From the NCBI RefSeq assembly GCF_018977255.1, contig NW_024704742.1, positions 127,288,001 to 127,352,000 of the forward strand: 64,000 nucleotides of DNA. The letters run 5' to 3'. The position numbers were made by a program, and so were the translations under genes. The stretch's first letter is position 1; each line of letters opens with the position of its first letter. Source of the stretch: Callorhinchus milii. Lineage: Eukaryota. The notes beneath the pieces are model-generated. The model did not search any database. It saw nothing but the letters and a program-made list of their open reading frames with translations, and was not told the origin of the DNA. This document shows, piece after piece, positions 12,401 to 24,890 of the stretch.

Positions 12401-15400
12401 AGATAAATAATGCTTCTTCCACAGAGCTTCACTTATGAGAGTCTCACAAAGCTGAAATTGCTTTCATTGCAAAAAGATTTGGGGAAAAGATCAAAAAGCC
12501 TACATCTATTTTTAAAAATTAACAAAAGGTTTGCATTAGGCTTGCAGTTAACTTGTGCAACATACGAGAGAGCAAAATAACAGAATACCAACAAAACAAT
12601 CAGGAAAGGAAAACTGCACTCAAAATGCACTTTATTTTTGTAGAATTAAAATACAGATGGGGATATTAAAACAGTGAACCATTTATATGTTTGAAAAAGA
12701 ACCTGTGTGGATTTTTCTTTTTTGAAAAGTCTCTTCAAATCAATAAAAAAATAAAATAAGATTCAGGAACAAGACTCGACATTCTTTCCAAGTAACACCT
12801 GTGTTACTTTTCATTCTTTTCTTATTAGCACAGCATAAAGTTTGCAATGTCAAAATACTCGTTGTATGGGGGCCACTTTGCTTTTTGTCAATTCCACCAA
12901 ATGTGATTAAAGATTGTGTGTGTGCAAACAGCAGGTTAAAAATAAAAAGGCATCCAGCACTGGCAACTTTAAAGTGCTCCATCAGTGCTGATATACTAAT
13001 ACTGTTAAATAATTCATAGGAATAAAAATGACTGATTTCACAAATTTTCATTACCATTCTACAACTTTTAACCATTGCTCATAAATTCATATAGTCTTAT
13101 GAACACATAAAAAGGTAGAACTGTTTCAAAATTGTTAAGGAAAAACAAATTGTATTGAATCAGAACAAGTATTGCACTTTTCAGGTTGGCAGTTTGCTAT
13201 GATTCACAGAGACGTGTAAATTAAATAATCTTAGTTTGCATTTGGTGAAGAGATTAATTTATCAGACTACACTAGAAAGGTTGATATTTACTCCATTCAA
13301 GCATAGAAAGCAGCAACAGATACTCAATAGCAAAAACAATCTGCCCTGAGTTACAGTGCGCAGCTAATTAAAATAAAAACTACTTTTCCACAGGTTTTTT
13401 TTTAATATATAGATTACCTCATGGGATCGAAACAAAATCATCCCTTGGCTCCCTGCTGAAATGTTTCTCCCTTTCCTTCCCTTCCCACAAAATACAGATT
13501 TTGAAGTTGACATCAAAAGCCATGCATCACCAACTTCAGTTTATTGCACGAGTATAAATTTGCAAAATTGGTTTAAGTTCATGTCTGTTAGATGGATAGC
13601 AAGTGTTGAACCTGGTTGAAAGCAAAAATAAAAGTGATTTGGCTGGAGTGTGCAGAAGTGATCAATACCATAACTGTGCTGCAAAATAGCTGGTAAAATA
13701 TTAATGGTTGATAATGACAAAATTTTATGAAAAGCGTGGAATCTGATTTCAGAGCTGTAAGTAAGTGACAGGAAAAGAAGTAGGAAGGATCAAAAATCGA
13801 ATTTAAAAACAGAAAAAGCCTAAGCTAAACATGATAGCAATAGATTGAATTATAAACAAAACCTGGTTATAACAGAGCACAAAATGAGGAAAACCTAAAA
13901 TATTTTTTGGTAAAATATCTATCAATTATGCAAACTGCAACAAGAGGCTAAAGGTAATGTCTTAAAGTCAAACTCATATATAAAAAAGATGCTACAAAGT
14001 GGGATATGCAACATATAGTATAAATGTTTGTAAGCGGTGGGAGAAGGAGTTTTGAAGTTCTCCTGAAAATTCCAGCTCAAATCTGTCCTCATGTTAATAG
14101 CACTAGTTCCATGGGAAGCAAAAAGAGAACCTGTGGAATAGCTAATCTCTATTACCTTAACCTCTCAAAGACGGTGGTTTACCATTCACAGTTCACTGAT
14201 AATTTCATAACGTAAATCGGTAAAGTATATATATTTTTTTAAAAAAGCTACATGCTGGATGTATCATGATCTCGGTGCATAGACACACATCTGAAATTCT
14301 GAATTAGATTTGTATGGTTACAGATTTTTTGGAACTGTTCACTTTTAACTTCTTAATTGCAATTCCTTCACCAGAAATATTTTAAAATTCTTACAACTTG
14401 CCCAAAAAAGTGTTTACTTACATAAAGTATGGCAAGGCCTTTTTTTTATACAAGGTTTGTTTCCTCTACCATTATTTGCATTAGACACTCAAATAAAATG
14501 CAAATAAAAAATTGAAAAACCAAATTCAATTCCCTCGCATTCTGAATTATGTCAAAAAATACAAGCCAATATCAACTTACATTACAGTCGAGTTTGCATA
14601 ATGTTAAGTTGCCCATTGATATGATCCACATAATGTTATACTGCGTTTTGGGATGCTATCCTGCGTGAGGGGCGCTATATAAATGCAAATTGTTGTTATA
14701 CTGGCTGTCGGTCCCGGCCGAGGCTGGTATGTAAACATTGAAGTTCACGTATTGTTAGAGCAGTTATAACTCATCTAATATTATGCAAATTTGCGGTCGC
14801 CATTAACAAAAGATGGAATAATGTTGTACCCAGGGGTTTAGTACAGCTGGAGCAGTACGGGGGTGCTCCGGCACCTGAAATCCGTAATGAAGAGGCAGGT
14901 GGATGATCCAATGGGAACGCAGGGCAGGTTGATGGAGAGGCAGATGGTCCATTGAGTAGAGGCTCGTACAGTACAGTACATCCTTGACAGTCCAGCGCTT
15001 TGGGACATCATCCCAACATGAAAGACACTATACAAATGTAATCTGTTTTTGCAGTATTTTAGCGCTCAGTTATTTTTGTGATTCAATTTCAAATATAATA
15101 CAATCAAAAATAACGGATTTACTTTTCTTAAAAAAATGTATTACTGTGAAATTAAAGTAAAATATTGGATTTTTCTTATACTTCAGAACAGTCTATAATT
15201 TTTTTACAAATATTTATAAGGGAAGTTTCCCTGTTGTTATAATATGTATACTTTTATAATGTTATCCAGTCCGACACAGTAAACATTAAGCAGACTCGAC
15301 TATAATTTGTTTACAAAATTTCAAACTCTTATGTGCAATGGATTTTTGTAAACTTGCACAAGTTATTCTGTGGTCCAGATAAAACCCTACCATGTTATGG

Positions 15401-15874
15401 CACTGATGCCTTTCACTCCCCACTTGTGTTAATTTTAGTTTACAATTATCCAGTTATTTTTCTTAGATTGTAATGTTTTGTAAAAAGCTCAACTTTCAAG
15501 TCAGCAATTCTTGATTCAGATTATTCAGATATTTAACTTTCTCTGGACTGGTCAACCCTAGCTTTAAAGAAATAGCTTTAAACCATATATTTTTTAATTC
15601 TTAGTTCAGACACTTATGATTTTTTTTAAAAAAACTGTTCCAAAATGATTGCAGAATGCGTTAAGATTTTTACTCTGCCAAATAGGTTTCACAGTGCTTT
15701 CTCACACTTACCATTATTATGCTTACAAGGTTTAGCATATTAAAAGAATTGGATTTAAATTTTTGACATAAAATAGATTTCTTTAAGAGATATTACATTA
15801 TATTAGAAAATGTATGATCCTTTTCTCAGTTCCTCAAACTTCTGACAGTATCAAGTATTGCTCGGATTTCGGTT

Positions 15875-16108
15875 CTATGAGATAGGAAGGTGTTGCTTCA
15901 GGATTTCTTTCGTTGTTGGAGGCATTTTGTCAGGAAATTTTATCTGAAACTCTACTATATAGTCACCACGTTGTGTTGGAGTCTTAGGAAATGGCAACCC
16001 TTCTCCTCTCAGTCGCTTCACTGTTCCGGGCTTGATAATATCATTGCAAGGTAGGGGAATCACTCTGCCATCAATTGTAGGAATATTGACAGTACACCCA
16101 CATAAGGC
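15875..16108 (-). CDS. DNAJB5: DNAJB5 coding exon 3 to stop codon (234 bp)
   Basis: ALCGCTVNIPTIDGRVIPLPCNDIIKPGTVKRLRGEGLPFPKTPTQRGDYIVEFQIKFPDKMPPTTKEILKQHLPIS*. Total CDS 1119 nt, 372 aa. Confidence 0.96.
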   Translation of the reverse strand, partial: ALCGCTVNIPTIDGRVIPLPCNDIIKPGTVKRLRGEGLPFPKTPTQRGDYIVEFQIKFPDKMPPTTKEILKQHLPIS

Positions 16109-18824
16109 CTAGGNAAAAAGCAAAGTGATATTAGAAAAGGATAATTTAATCCAAAGAATCTATTTCCTGAGACATACACAATGGACACAGTGTGGATCTT
16201 AAAACAAAAGTTATTTCTAGTTAACAATATAATTATACTGCCTATAATAAAATAAAAAAGTCAAACTATAAATCTATTTGACCAGGGGATGAAGGGAAGT
16301 TTAGACTCTAGTGACCTGCATTTTTTTCTGTTTAATGTATTGCCAGAGTGAAAATATAAAAGGCTACCTTGTCCATTAAATGTGATTTTACTCAGGTTTG
16401 CATCCATTATAACCAAATTAACTTTATATTAGGTATCATCTAGTTATGGACGAATTCCTAGTTAGATATACCACATCCTTATCCAACAACTGGGAAGATG
16501 CAGTGGACTTGGATTGTACAAAGATTAAGACTATTCATAGAGTAAATTGTCATTTACTAGAATGTAAAGATGTTGTATCCTACAAGAATATTTAACTGAT
16601 GTAAAATACAGTGGTGAGTTTCAGTATTAATTCTGATATTGGCAGACCAGTAACATTACCATAAATAGGTTCAAATATAAAATCAGTTTGTGCTAACAAT
16701 TTAAATTGATTAAAAAAAATGATATTCACAAATTCATATGTTGGAAACAATACCTTGAACTTAATTTAAAATGATGATTAGAATTCAGCCAGGAAATGTG
16801 GTGGGATACTGACACCCTTTAGCTCCAGTAATGGAATTTGATTAGCTTAGACCGATAGGCAGAAATGGTACTTGTAAGGGTTCTATGTGAAGTAAATTGA
16901 TCGTCTCAAATCAGTATATAGGGAGCCACAGCATCTAACTGATTGAGCATACTTATTCAAAGGATAAAAGAATAGTTGGCATAAGAAGCAGAAAACTTCA
17001 CAATGATAATAATAATCTTACAATATGGTGCCTTTTCATGTCACTGAAATGCTCAAAACACTTCACAAGATTTACTGCAAAATGTAGTGACTGTACTTAT
17101 AGCAAACATGGCCGCCAATTTACACTTAGCAATGTCCCACAAACAGCTTAGAATTGAATGACTAATTTTATCTGGAGGATTGTTGGCTGGGATGTGAGGA
17201 CCATCTAGTGATTATCCTCCTTGGGAAGAGGCGAGAAGTGGAGCTGTACACAAAGCTGGAAGCCTACTAGACAGTGCTGTGAATGGCAAGTTAAACTGTA
17301 GCAGTACAGTCACACCCTCTGAGGTCCCAAGCCTTGGCTCTTGCTAACCTGTGCAAAATAATTTCCAGAATCGGGTAAAACAGGGTCTGTCCCTCCAAGG
17401 AGAGATTGCACAATCCATTTCAGATACAGGGAAAATATATGGGAAACAGTTTGGTTTGGATGCTCTTAAGCATGGTGAAGGGTTCTGAATGAATCAGACT
17501 CACAGCTGACTAAACAAAACATTAGAACCCCCTCCCCTCTTCCTAAATAGTGCTATGAAACCTTTAACCTCCACCTGAACAGTCAGAATAACCTTGGTTT
17601 AACATCTCATCCATAGGGCAGCACCTCTGCCATTACAGCACTCCTCTCGCATTGCACTGAAATGTCAGCCTGGACAATGAGCTTGAAGGTCCACCTTAAA
17701 CCAACAATCTTCTGACTAAGAGGCAAGAGTGCTATGAACTGAGCAAGGCTGACACTCTTTGGAGGTTGCTGTGTTAAAGAAACATTATTGGTATGAATTA
17801 GGAGGCTCTATGCTATAAATAGGTGTTCTGTTTTCAAGCACTATGGGGACAGAAACATTCTGAACTGGATTCAAAATGCAGTTTAGCTGAGGCAGAGAAA
17901 TTATATTAATTAGATTATTATTAGATAATTATTTGGGGAGGACAAGTTACAGGGCTATGGGGAGAGGGAGCGGAATTGATTTGGATTGCTCTTTTCACGA
18001 TGGGCCAAATGGTCTCCTTCTGTGCTGTATAATTCTATGAAAGGAGGAAGCTTTGAAGTAAGGAGGTAATCCTCCTGTAGTTTCAATACACTACATTTAG
18101 GACAAATAGGCTGTAGACTGTATTCTGCTGCAAAGCTTTGAATTAAATCAAAGATTGGCAGTGAGGGGGACCTTACTAAGTTTTACTTTGTTGTCCAAGT
18201 AGTAACCAGTCTGTCAGCAAAAACATGACACAGTTTGCTTCTCATAAGCTAGGCATGTTAAAGGACCATGCCCTGAGAGTAGCGCAGTACCATTTTTGGG
18301 CAGTTGAAAAGTACGTGGTTGTCACTGAGGTAATCATCACAAGGTACCAGTGAGAAAAGAATATGAAGCTAGCACAAAACAAGAGCTAAAATATTAGTGT
18401 TTTGCAGGAAGGCAACAAGACCCTCAGGATACAGAATTATGACAATTTTAAAAAGGTCCCATTGACAGCTTCACAGTAAATCCCAGGTTTCAGTTAGATA
18501 GTTTCATTTAGTTAATCAACGTACAGTATCTAGTTTCTAGTCAACGAAGTAAAACTATAATTAGATATAATGCATTTCAAAATAGCTGGTCCAAACAGAG
18601 GTCATGAGTGAGTTAAGAGTCTGCGCTTTTTGCAGCAGATGTATGTACCAGTCAGCTGTTCAGACAGAAAAAGCCTCCACTCTAGTTTATTTTTATTTTT
18701 CAACACACTACATTTAGGACAAATATTTTTTGTAACCTTTACTAGTAAATCGTTGAAGAATGTATTTTTTCAAAAATATGTAAAGAAAAAAATCAACTAC
18801 TTATTTTTGATGTACTATTGATGA

Positions 18825-20000
18825 TGTACAGTTGTTTTTCTGACTGGAGGGAAGTGTGCAGTGGTGTCCCCCAGGGGTCGGTATTGGGACCACTGCTATT
18901 TTTGATCTTTATAAATTACTTGGACTTGGGTATAAGGAGTACAATTTCCAAGTTTTCAGATAATACTAAGCCAGGAAAAGTAATAAACAGTGAGGAGGAT
19001 AGTAGCAGACTGCAAGAGGACATAGACAGACTGGTAAAATGGGCAGACACATGGCAGATGAAGTTTAATGTGGAGAAATGCCAAGTGATGAATTTTGGGA
19101 GGAAGAACGAAGAGAGGCAATATAAGCTGATGGTACAATCTTAAAGGCGGTGAAGGAAGGGAGAGATCTGGGGGTTCATATAAGTAAATCATGTATGTAC
19201 CAGTCAGCTGTTCAGACAGAAAAAGCCTCCACTCTAGTTTATTTTTATTTTTCAACACACTACGTGTTGGGACGTCCTCCTGACGTGAAAGGCGCTTTAT
19301 AAATGGAATCTTGTTGTTGTTGTTGTTGTTGAAGGTGGCATGACAGGTAGATAAAACTGTTATAAAAAACATGGGATACTAGGCTTTCTAAATAAGGGCA
19401 TAGAATACAAAAGTCAGGAAGTTATGATGAACCTTTGTAAAACACTGGTTAGGCCTCAGCGAGAGTTCTGAGTTCAGTTCTGGGCACCACACTTTAGGAA
19501 GGATGTCAAGGCATTGAAGAGGGTGCAAAGTAGATTTAGCAGGATGGTATCAGGAATGAAGGACTTCAGTTGTCAGAAAAGGCTAGAGAAGCTAGGATTA
19601 TTCTCCTTGGAGCAGAGAAGGTTAAGAGAAAACTTGATAGAAGTTTTCAAAATTATGAGGGGATTTGATAGGGTGAACAAGGAGAAACTATTTGCACTGG
19701 TGGGTAGGTCGGTAACCCAGGGACACCAATGTGAAATAGTTGTTAAAAAAAAGGGAGGTGAGGAGGAATGTTTTCACACAGCGATTTGTTTGGATCTGGA
19801 GTGCATTGCGTGAAAGGGTGGTGGAAGACAATTCGATAACAACTTTTAAGAGAGTAGAATTATTTGGGGAGGACAAGTTTGCAGGGCTATGAGGAGAGCG
19901 CGAGGGAAATGGATTGATTTGGATAGCTCTTTTCAAAGAGCCAGCACAGACACGATCAGCCGAATGGTCTCCTTTTGTGCTATATAATTCTATGATTCTA
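18825..20000 (+). mobile_element. CR1 LINE 3' portion (RT), interrupted at 19191-19330
   Basis: SGVPQGSVLGPLLFLIFIN, WQMKFNVEKC, LGLFSLEQRRLR, (ATTCTATG)-type tail. Confidence 0.93.
19191..19263 (+). repeat. Exact 73-bp copy of 18639-18711
   Basis: Direct base-by-base identity. Confidence 0.92.
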
Positions 20001-21791
20001 TACTCTGTAAATAACTGAATAGATAAATGAATTATTACAGCATTGCCAACAAACTCAGAGTCCGCCAGACAGCACGTACGAGTGGAAACCTGTACTTTGT
20101 TATTTATTGCCACCTGTAATGTTTATTGGTCATATGATGTAAGTTTACAACAAGAAACATTGGAACAGCTTTACCCAAAAATAAGGCAAAAAATATAGAA
20201 CAAGATGCAGAAAAAGCAGAGTACTCAATTCTTGAAGCACATGTTATATCTTGCACTTGCAAGAATCATCGGAGAAGTGGGAGGGGTCTATGCGAGGACT
20301 CCTCTTGTTCCTTGTGTACATAATTGGCCTTGATTAGCAACTGAGTGCAAGGCAGTTAAATGTGTATTTGAAACCATTAGGAAACAGTGGATGCAGCCAA
20401 GAATTCACAAACTGAGCTCAACATGGTGCAATTATGGGCCAATCACTGGCATATGAAGTTCAACAGACAGACGCAAAGTGCTGCATTAAAGTAAAAGAGA
20501 GAGGCACACGTATTCCAACGACAGGATAACTATCATCAAGGGAGAAGTGATAATAATCTTGCATATGATATAGTGCCTCATCACACTGAACCATCTCAAG
20601 CACTTCACAATTACTGTTGTGCAGTGACTGTTCACAGAATGTGTACACAGATGTGGTCCATAAATAGTGAGGCGGTGAATGACCAATTCACCAAGAGGAT
20701 TGGTGGCCAGGACAGCTAAAGAATTTCCCTTCTCTTTCAATTAGCATAAAGAGTTGATTAAATGGTTAAATTTCATCCAATGGGCAGCAACTCCAATAGT
20801 GCAGTGCTCTGCCAATGATGCACTGCATGGACTTTGCACTCAAAGTTCCCGACTATGGACGTGCAATCACAACCTTCTGACCAGGGAAAACAGGGAGACA
20901 GGCTGACACAGTTGAAAAAAAAACTAGGGCTGTCAGTTGACTTATCACTCACCATGTTGAAACGGTGTGAGACAACAATAAACAAAGCAATCATGATGCA
21001 AGACTTATTGCTTTATTGATAAATCAATTGAGTTCAGAGTTCCAGAAGTTATGCTCAAACTTGAAAATGCTCTGGTTAGGCTGTAGCTACTCCATATAAG
21101 TATGTCCAGGAAGGACCATAATCTTTACATTTCGTATAGTGCCTTTCACATCAGGAGGAGGTCTCAAAGCTCTTCACAGCATTTACTGTAAATTGTAGTG
21201 ACTGTGTCATTTGTGAGCAAACTGGAGACAGTGAGGAAGAAATGTATCCCAATTGTGGTGATGTTGAACCATACAGAATGACTAAAGAAAGTTACTTTTT
21301 TTTAAATCTTGACAGTGATATCTCAAAGGAAACCTTATAGGGGTATATAAAATGCTAAATGGGATTAAGAAAATCAACCCAAACAGTACTTTCAGATATA
21401 TCAAGATAACAGGATAAACAGGCACAGCCTTAGGGTTATGAGTAGATGTTTAGGAATAGACACCAGGAAGTATTTCTTTACTCTGAGGACAATTAACAAC
21501 TGGAGCAGATTACCAGGGAGTAGTATTTTTTCTGATCTGGACTGGAATGCACAATCTCTCCGGGGAGGGATGCATCCTGTTTATCTAATCTGGAGAGTAT
21601 TGGTGCAGTTTGGCAAGAGCCAATATTTAGGACCCCACTGAAGTTTAGCTATCTAAAATCTCCGCTTGCAATTGACAGCACATTTCAGCTTTCTGCTGCT
21701 TGTCTAGCTGCGACTACCCTACCAGCTAGGGCTTTAGCTTGCTGGGTTTATTACTAAACAGATTTGATAATGGTGTTTTGTTTACACTTAC

Positions 21792-22465
21792 CTCTCTAAG
21801 AGTGATCTTAGCTACGTAGACTACGTTGGATCCATCTCGCTTGAAATGAAGATGAGGCTTGTCTTTCAGAATAAAGACGATATCAGCAGGGATGTTAGTT
21901 GCTGTTTCATCACCTTCCCTGGGGAAAGTGATCTTTGTACCCTCTTTCCAACCTCTTTTAATAACAACATTTAGAATCTTATCCTCAGTCCTTGTGTTTC
22001 GACCATCAGGGTTTAACCTTCGACGTGTTATCTTCATTCTTTTAGTACAACCATGATAGATCTCCTCAAGGGACACCCTAAGTTCATGAATTACAGGAGG
22101 GTCCTGCACCTTTCTACGGGTATGGAGAGACTCTGGGTGTCGTCGATGAAATCCATTCATGCCATTCATTCCATTCATTCCAGTCATACCATTCATTCCA
22201 GTCATGCCATTCATTCCAGTCATGCCATTGAAACTAAAACGGTTGAAGGCACTGAATGGATCATGGTCATCATCGTCTTCTTCAATATCCATGTCTTCAT
22301 GACCAAAGCCATTAGCCATTCTAGAGCGTCCTTGAGAACCAAAGAAAATATCAAAAGGACTGGAGCCACCAAAGAAAGAAGCAAAGGTGGCATGTGGGTC
22401 ACCGTGGAAGGTGTAGTGGAACGTGTTACCAGAGCCACCACTGGAGGTTCCTCCTGCTTTTAAGC
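21792..22465 (-). CDS. DNAJB5: DNAJB5 coding exon 2 (G/F region and CTD I, 674 bp)
   Basis: FHYTFHGDPHATFASFFGGS...RRKVQDPPVIHELRVSLEEIYHGCTKRMKITRRRLNPDG...ITLRE, typical of DNAJB5. cag acceptor, gtaagt donor; 211+674 = 885 nt, in frame. Confidence 0.96.
22152..22229 (-). repeat. Coding 9-bp tandem repeat, eight GM(N/T) tripeptides in DNAJB5
   Basis: Encodes N-GMT-GMN-GMT-GMN-GMT-GMN-GMN-GMN-G. Confidence 0.95.
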
Positions 22466-23675
22466 CTGCAACAAGAAAAAGATAACATTAGATACAAATC
22501 ACCAAAAAAATCCAGACTATTGTTTCTCCCAATCAGGCCCATCTTTGATCATCCACTGTTTCTTACATAACTCATGTTCCCGAGAGAAGTGGCAGATTTG
22601 CCACTGTGCATATTGAAGCAGTTCACCCTTGAGCAAAACAGGTAATGATAGAATGCTGCTTGAGGATGTATTACTCTGGGTTCCCATTCATAATGTCTAA
22701 CTAGCAATTCTCCCCTCCCATCCCATCACTGGAAACTACTTATGTGGATGTCAGATAAGGATAAGATGGAACTCAGCTAAGTTGCCCCTCTCACCAGGCA
22801 AAAACACTGCAGACACAAATAACGAATGGTCATTTGGGCTGGATAACAGAAGGGCTGGCAGTTTCTATGTGTGTCTAAGTGCAACGTACAGTTGAAACAC
22901 TCTCTAGTTATCTTAAATCTAATAACAGATGCGCACATGTATGCTTCTGTTGAAATAAGCAGCTCAATTAAAGGTTAAGGCTATCAGGTTGATTCTGTAA
23001 ATGGATCTGCCTATCTATTCTGAATCCATGTTGAAGTCCATTACTGCTATTGGCTCTTCCATTTTGGAAACACTGTAGATAAGATACAAGTTTAGAAATC
23101 CTCCCAGTTTAGCTTATTGTTATACCTAATCATTGGAATAAGAATCTTATTGCCTCGGGGCATCTTGTCAAAAAAACCCTGAAATTTACTCAATTTATAT
23201 TGTATTCCTCTAAACAAATAACTGTCAGTGCACAAAATAAGTTCAGCAACTTCTAGAACAAGTTAAATATTTACATATGTCCACAGTTTAGTTGGGGTCA
23301 GCTGGCTGTCTGACACATGGTTAAGAGGATCCAAACCAGACAGTTATATTTATATCACCTACATATGGACATTTTCCTGTTATGGAACGGACACTCTCAA
23401 TGTCCTGGAAGGACACTTCCTGTTTACCTAATTCTAACTAATAATTATTACATTTGATATAGCGCCTTAGATAATCGTTGAGATGTCTCAAAGGGCTTCA
23501 CAGAATATATTGTAAAGTGTGGTAACTGTGTACTTTGTGGGTGAAACGCGGCAGCTAATTGTGCACAGCAATGACCCACAAAGTTGTGGATTGATTGACT
23601 AAATTTTTTTAAAAGATAGAAAGAAAGACACACAGACAGCTTTAAAATTATAATTGACTAATTCTGGGGAATATT

Positions 23676-24890
23676 GCAACAACAACAAAATTACATTTGG
23701 ATAGCGCTTTTCACGTCAGGAGGACGTCCCAATATGTTGGACAGTCAGTGTTTCGGACCCAAGCTAGGGGTCAGGATTGGGGCGGGTGGAAGGCAGGGGG
23801 GAGGGGGGAAGATCAAAAGCACAGTCGAAGTGGAGGGACTTGAGATGGGTCTTGAAGGAGGCAAAGGAGGGGGCAAAGCAGAGGGACTGTGGGATGGAGT
23901 TCCAGAGAGTGGGGGCAGAGCGGCAGAAGGCTTGTGCGCCAATTGTGGGCGACCGAGGCGGGGTACATGAAGCAGGTTTTGAGCACCCTGAGCGGAGGGA
24001 TGGTAGGGTGCTAGGAGGTCGCAGAGGCAGGGGGGAGTGAGGCCATGAGGGGCTTTGAAGGTGAGGACCAGGATCTTGAACTGTATCCTGTGTGATGGGA
24101 AGCTAGTGGAGTCGGGCGAAGATGGGGGTGATAGGATCACAGAGCCTGGTGCGGGAGATGACATGTGCTGCAGAGTTCTGGATGATCTGCAGCCTATGGA
24201 GGGAGGAGCTGGGGAGGCTGACAAGCAAGGCATTTGGATATTCAAGTCTGGATATTATGAATGCATGTATGAGGGCTTCAGTGGCCTGCGGAGTGAGACA
24301 GTGGCAGAGCCAGGCAATGTTGCGGAGGTGGGGAAGGCAGAGAGGATCATGGCACAGATGTGGGGTAGAAAGCTGAGGGTAGGGGCCGGGATGTGAGGGG
24401 CAGATGGGGAGGGCGTAGTAGGCGGAAGGGTGGAGGCAGCTGAGTGGGTTGCCTCGACTTTGGATTCAAGGAAATCCAGCATCGCCTCGCAGATGGCAAT
24501 AGAGGTGAGGATGGGGGAGGAGTGAGAGGGTGGGTGGAGGAGCTGGTAGATGATGGAGAAGAGGAGCTTGTGGTTGTCCTTGGCCTCCCAAGATTTTCTT
24601 GGAGTAGAACGACGATATAGCGGAAGCGAGGGCGGAGTGGTAAGATTTGATAAGACCCAGCCAGATCTGCCGATGGACAGTTAAGTTTGATTTAAGCCAG
24701 GTGCATTCAGCAACACGCACCTGTGCTTTAAGGGAACGGAGGTGGCTGGTGTACCAAGGTAACTTTCGTGAGTAGGAGACGGTTCGGGAAGTGAGGGGAG
24801 CAAGGGAATTGAGAGTGGTGGAGAGGGAGTTTAGAAGGAAAGTGACCGAGGAGGATAAGTCATTGCATGAGGAAGCCCAGAGGGGGAGGA
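23676..24890 (-). mobile_element. L2 LINE fragment with internal deletions
   Basis: RIQFKILVLTFKA, upstream ORF2 remnants, (CAA)n tail on plus strand. Confidence 0.85.
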
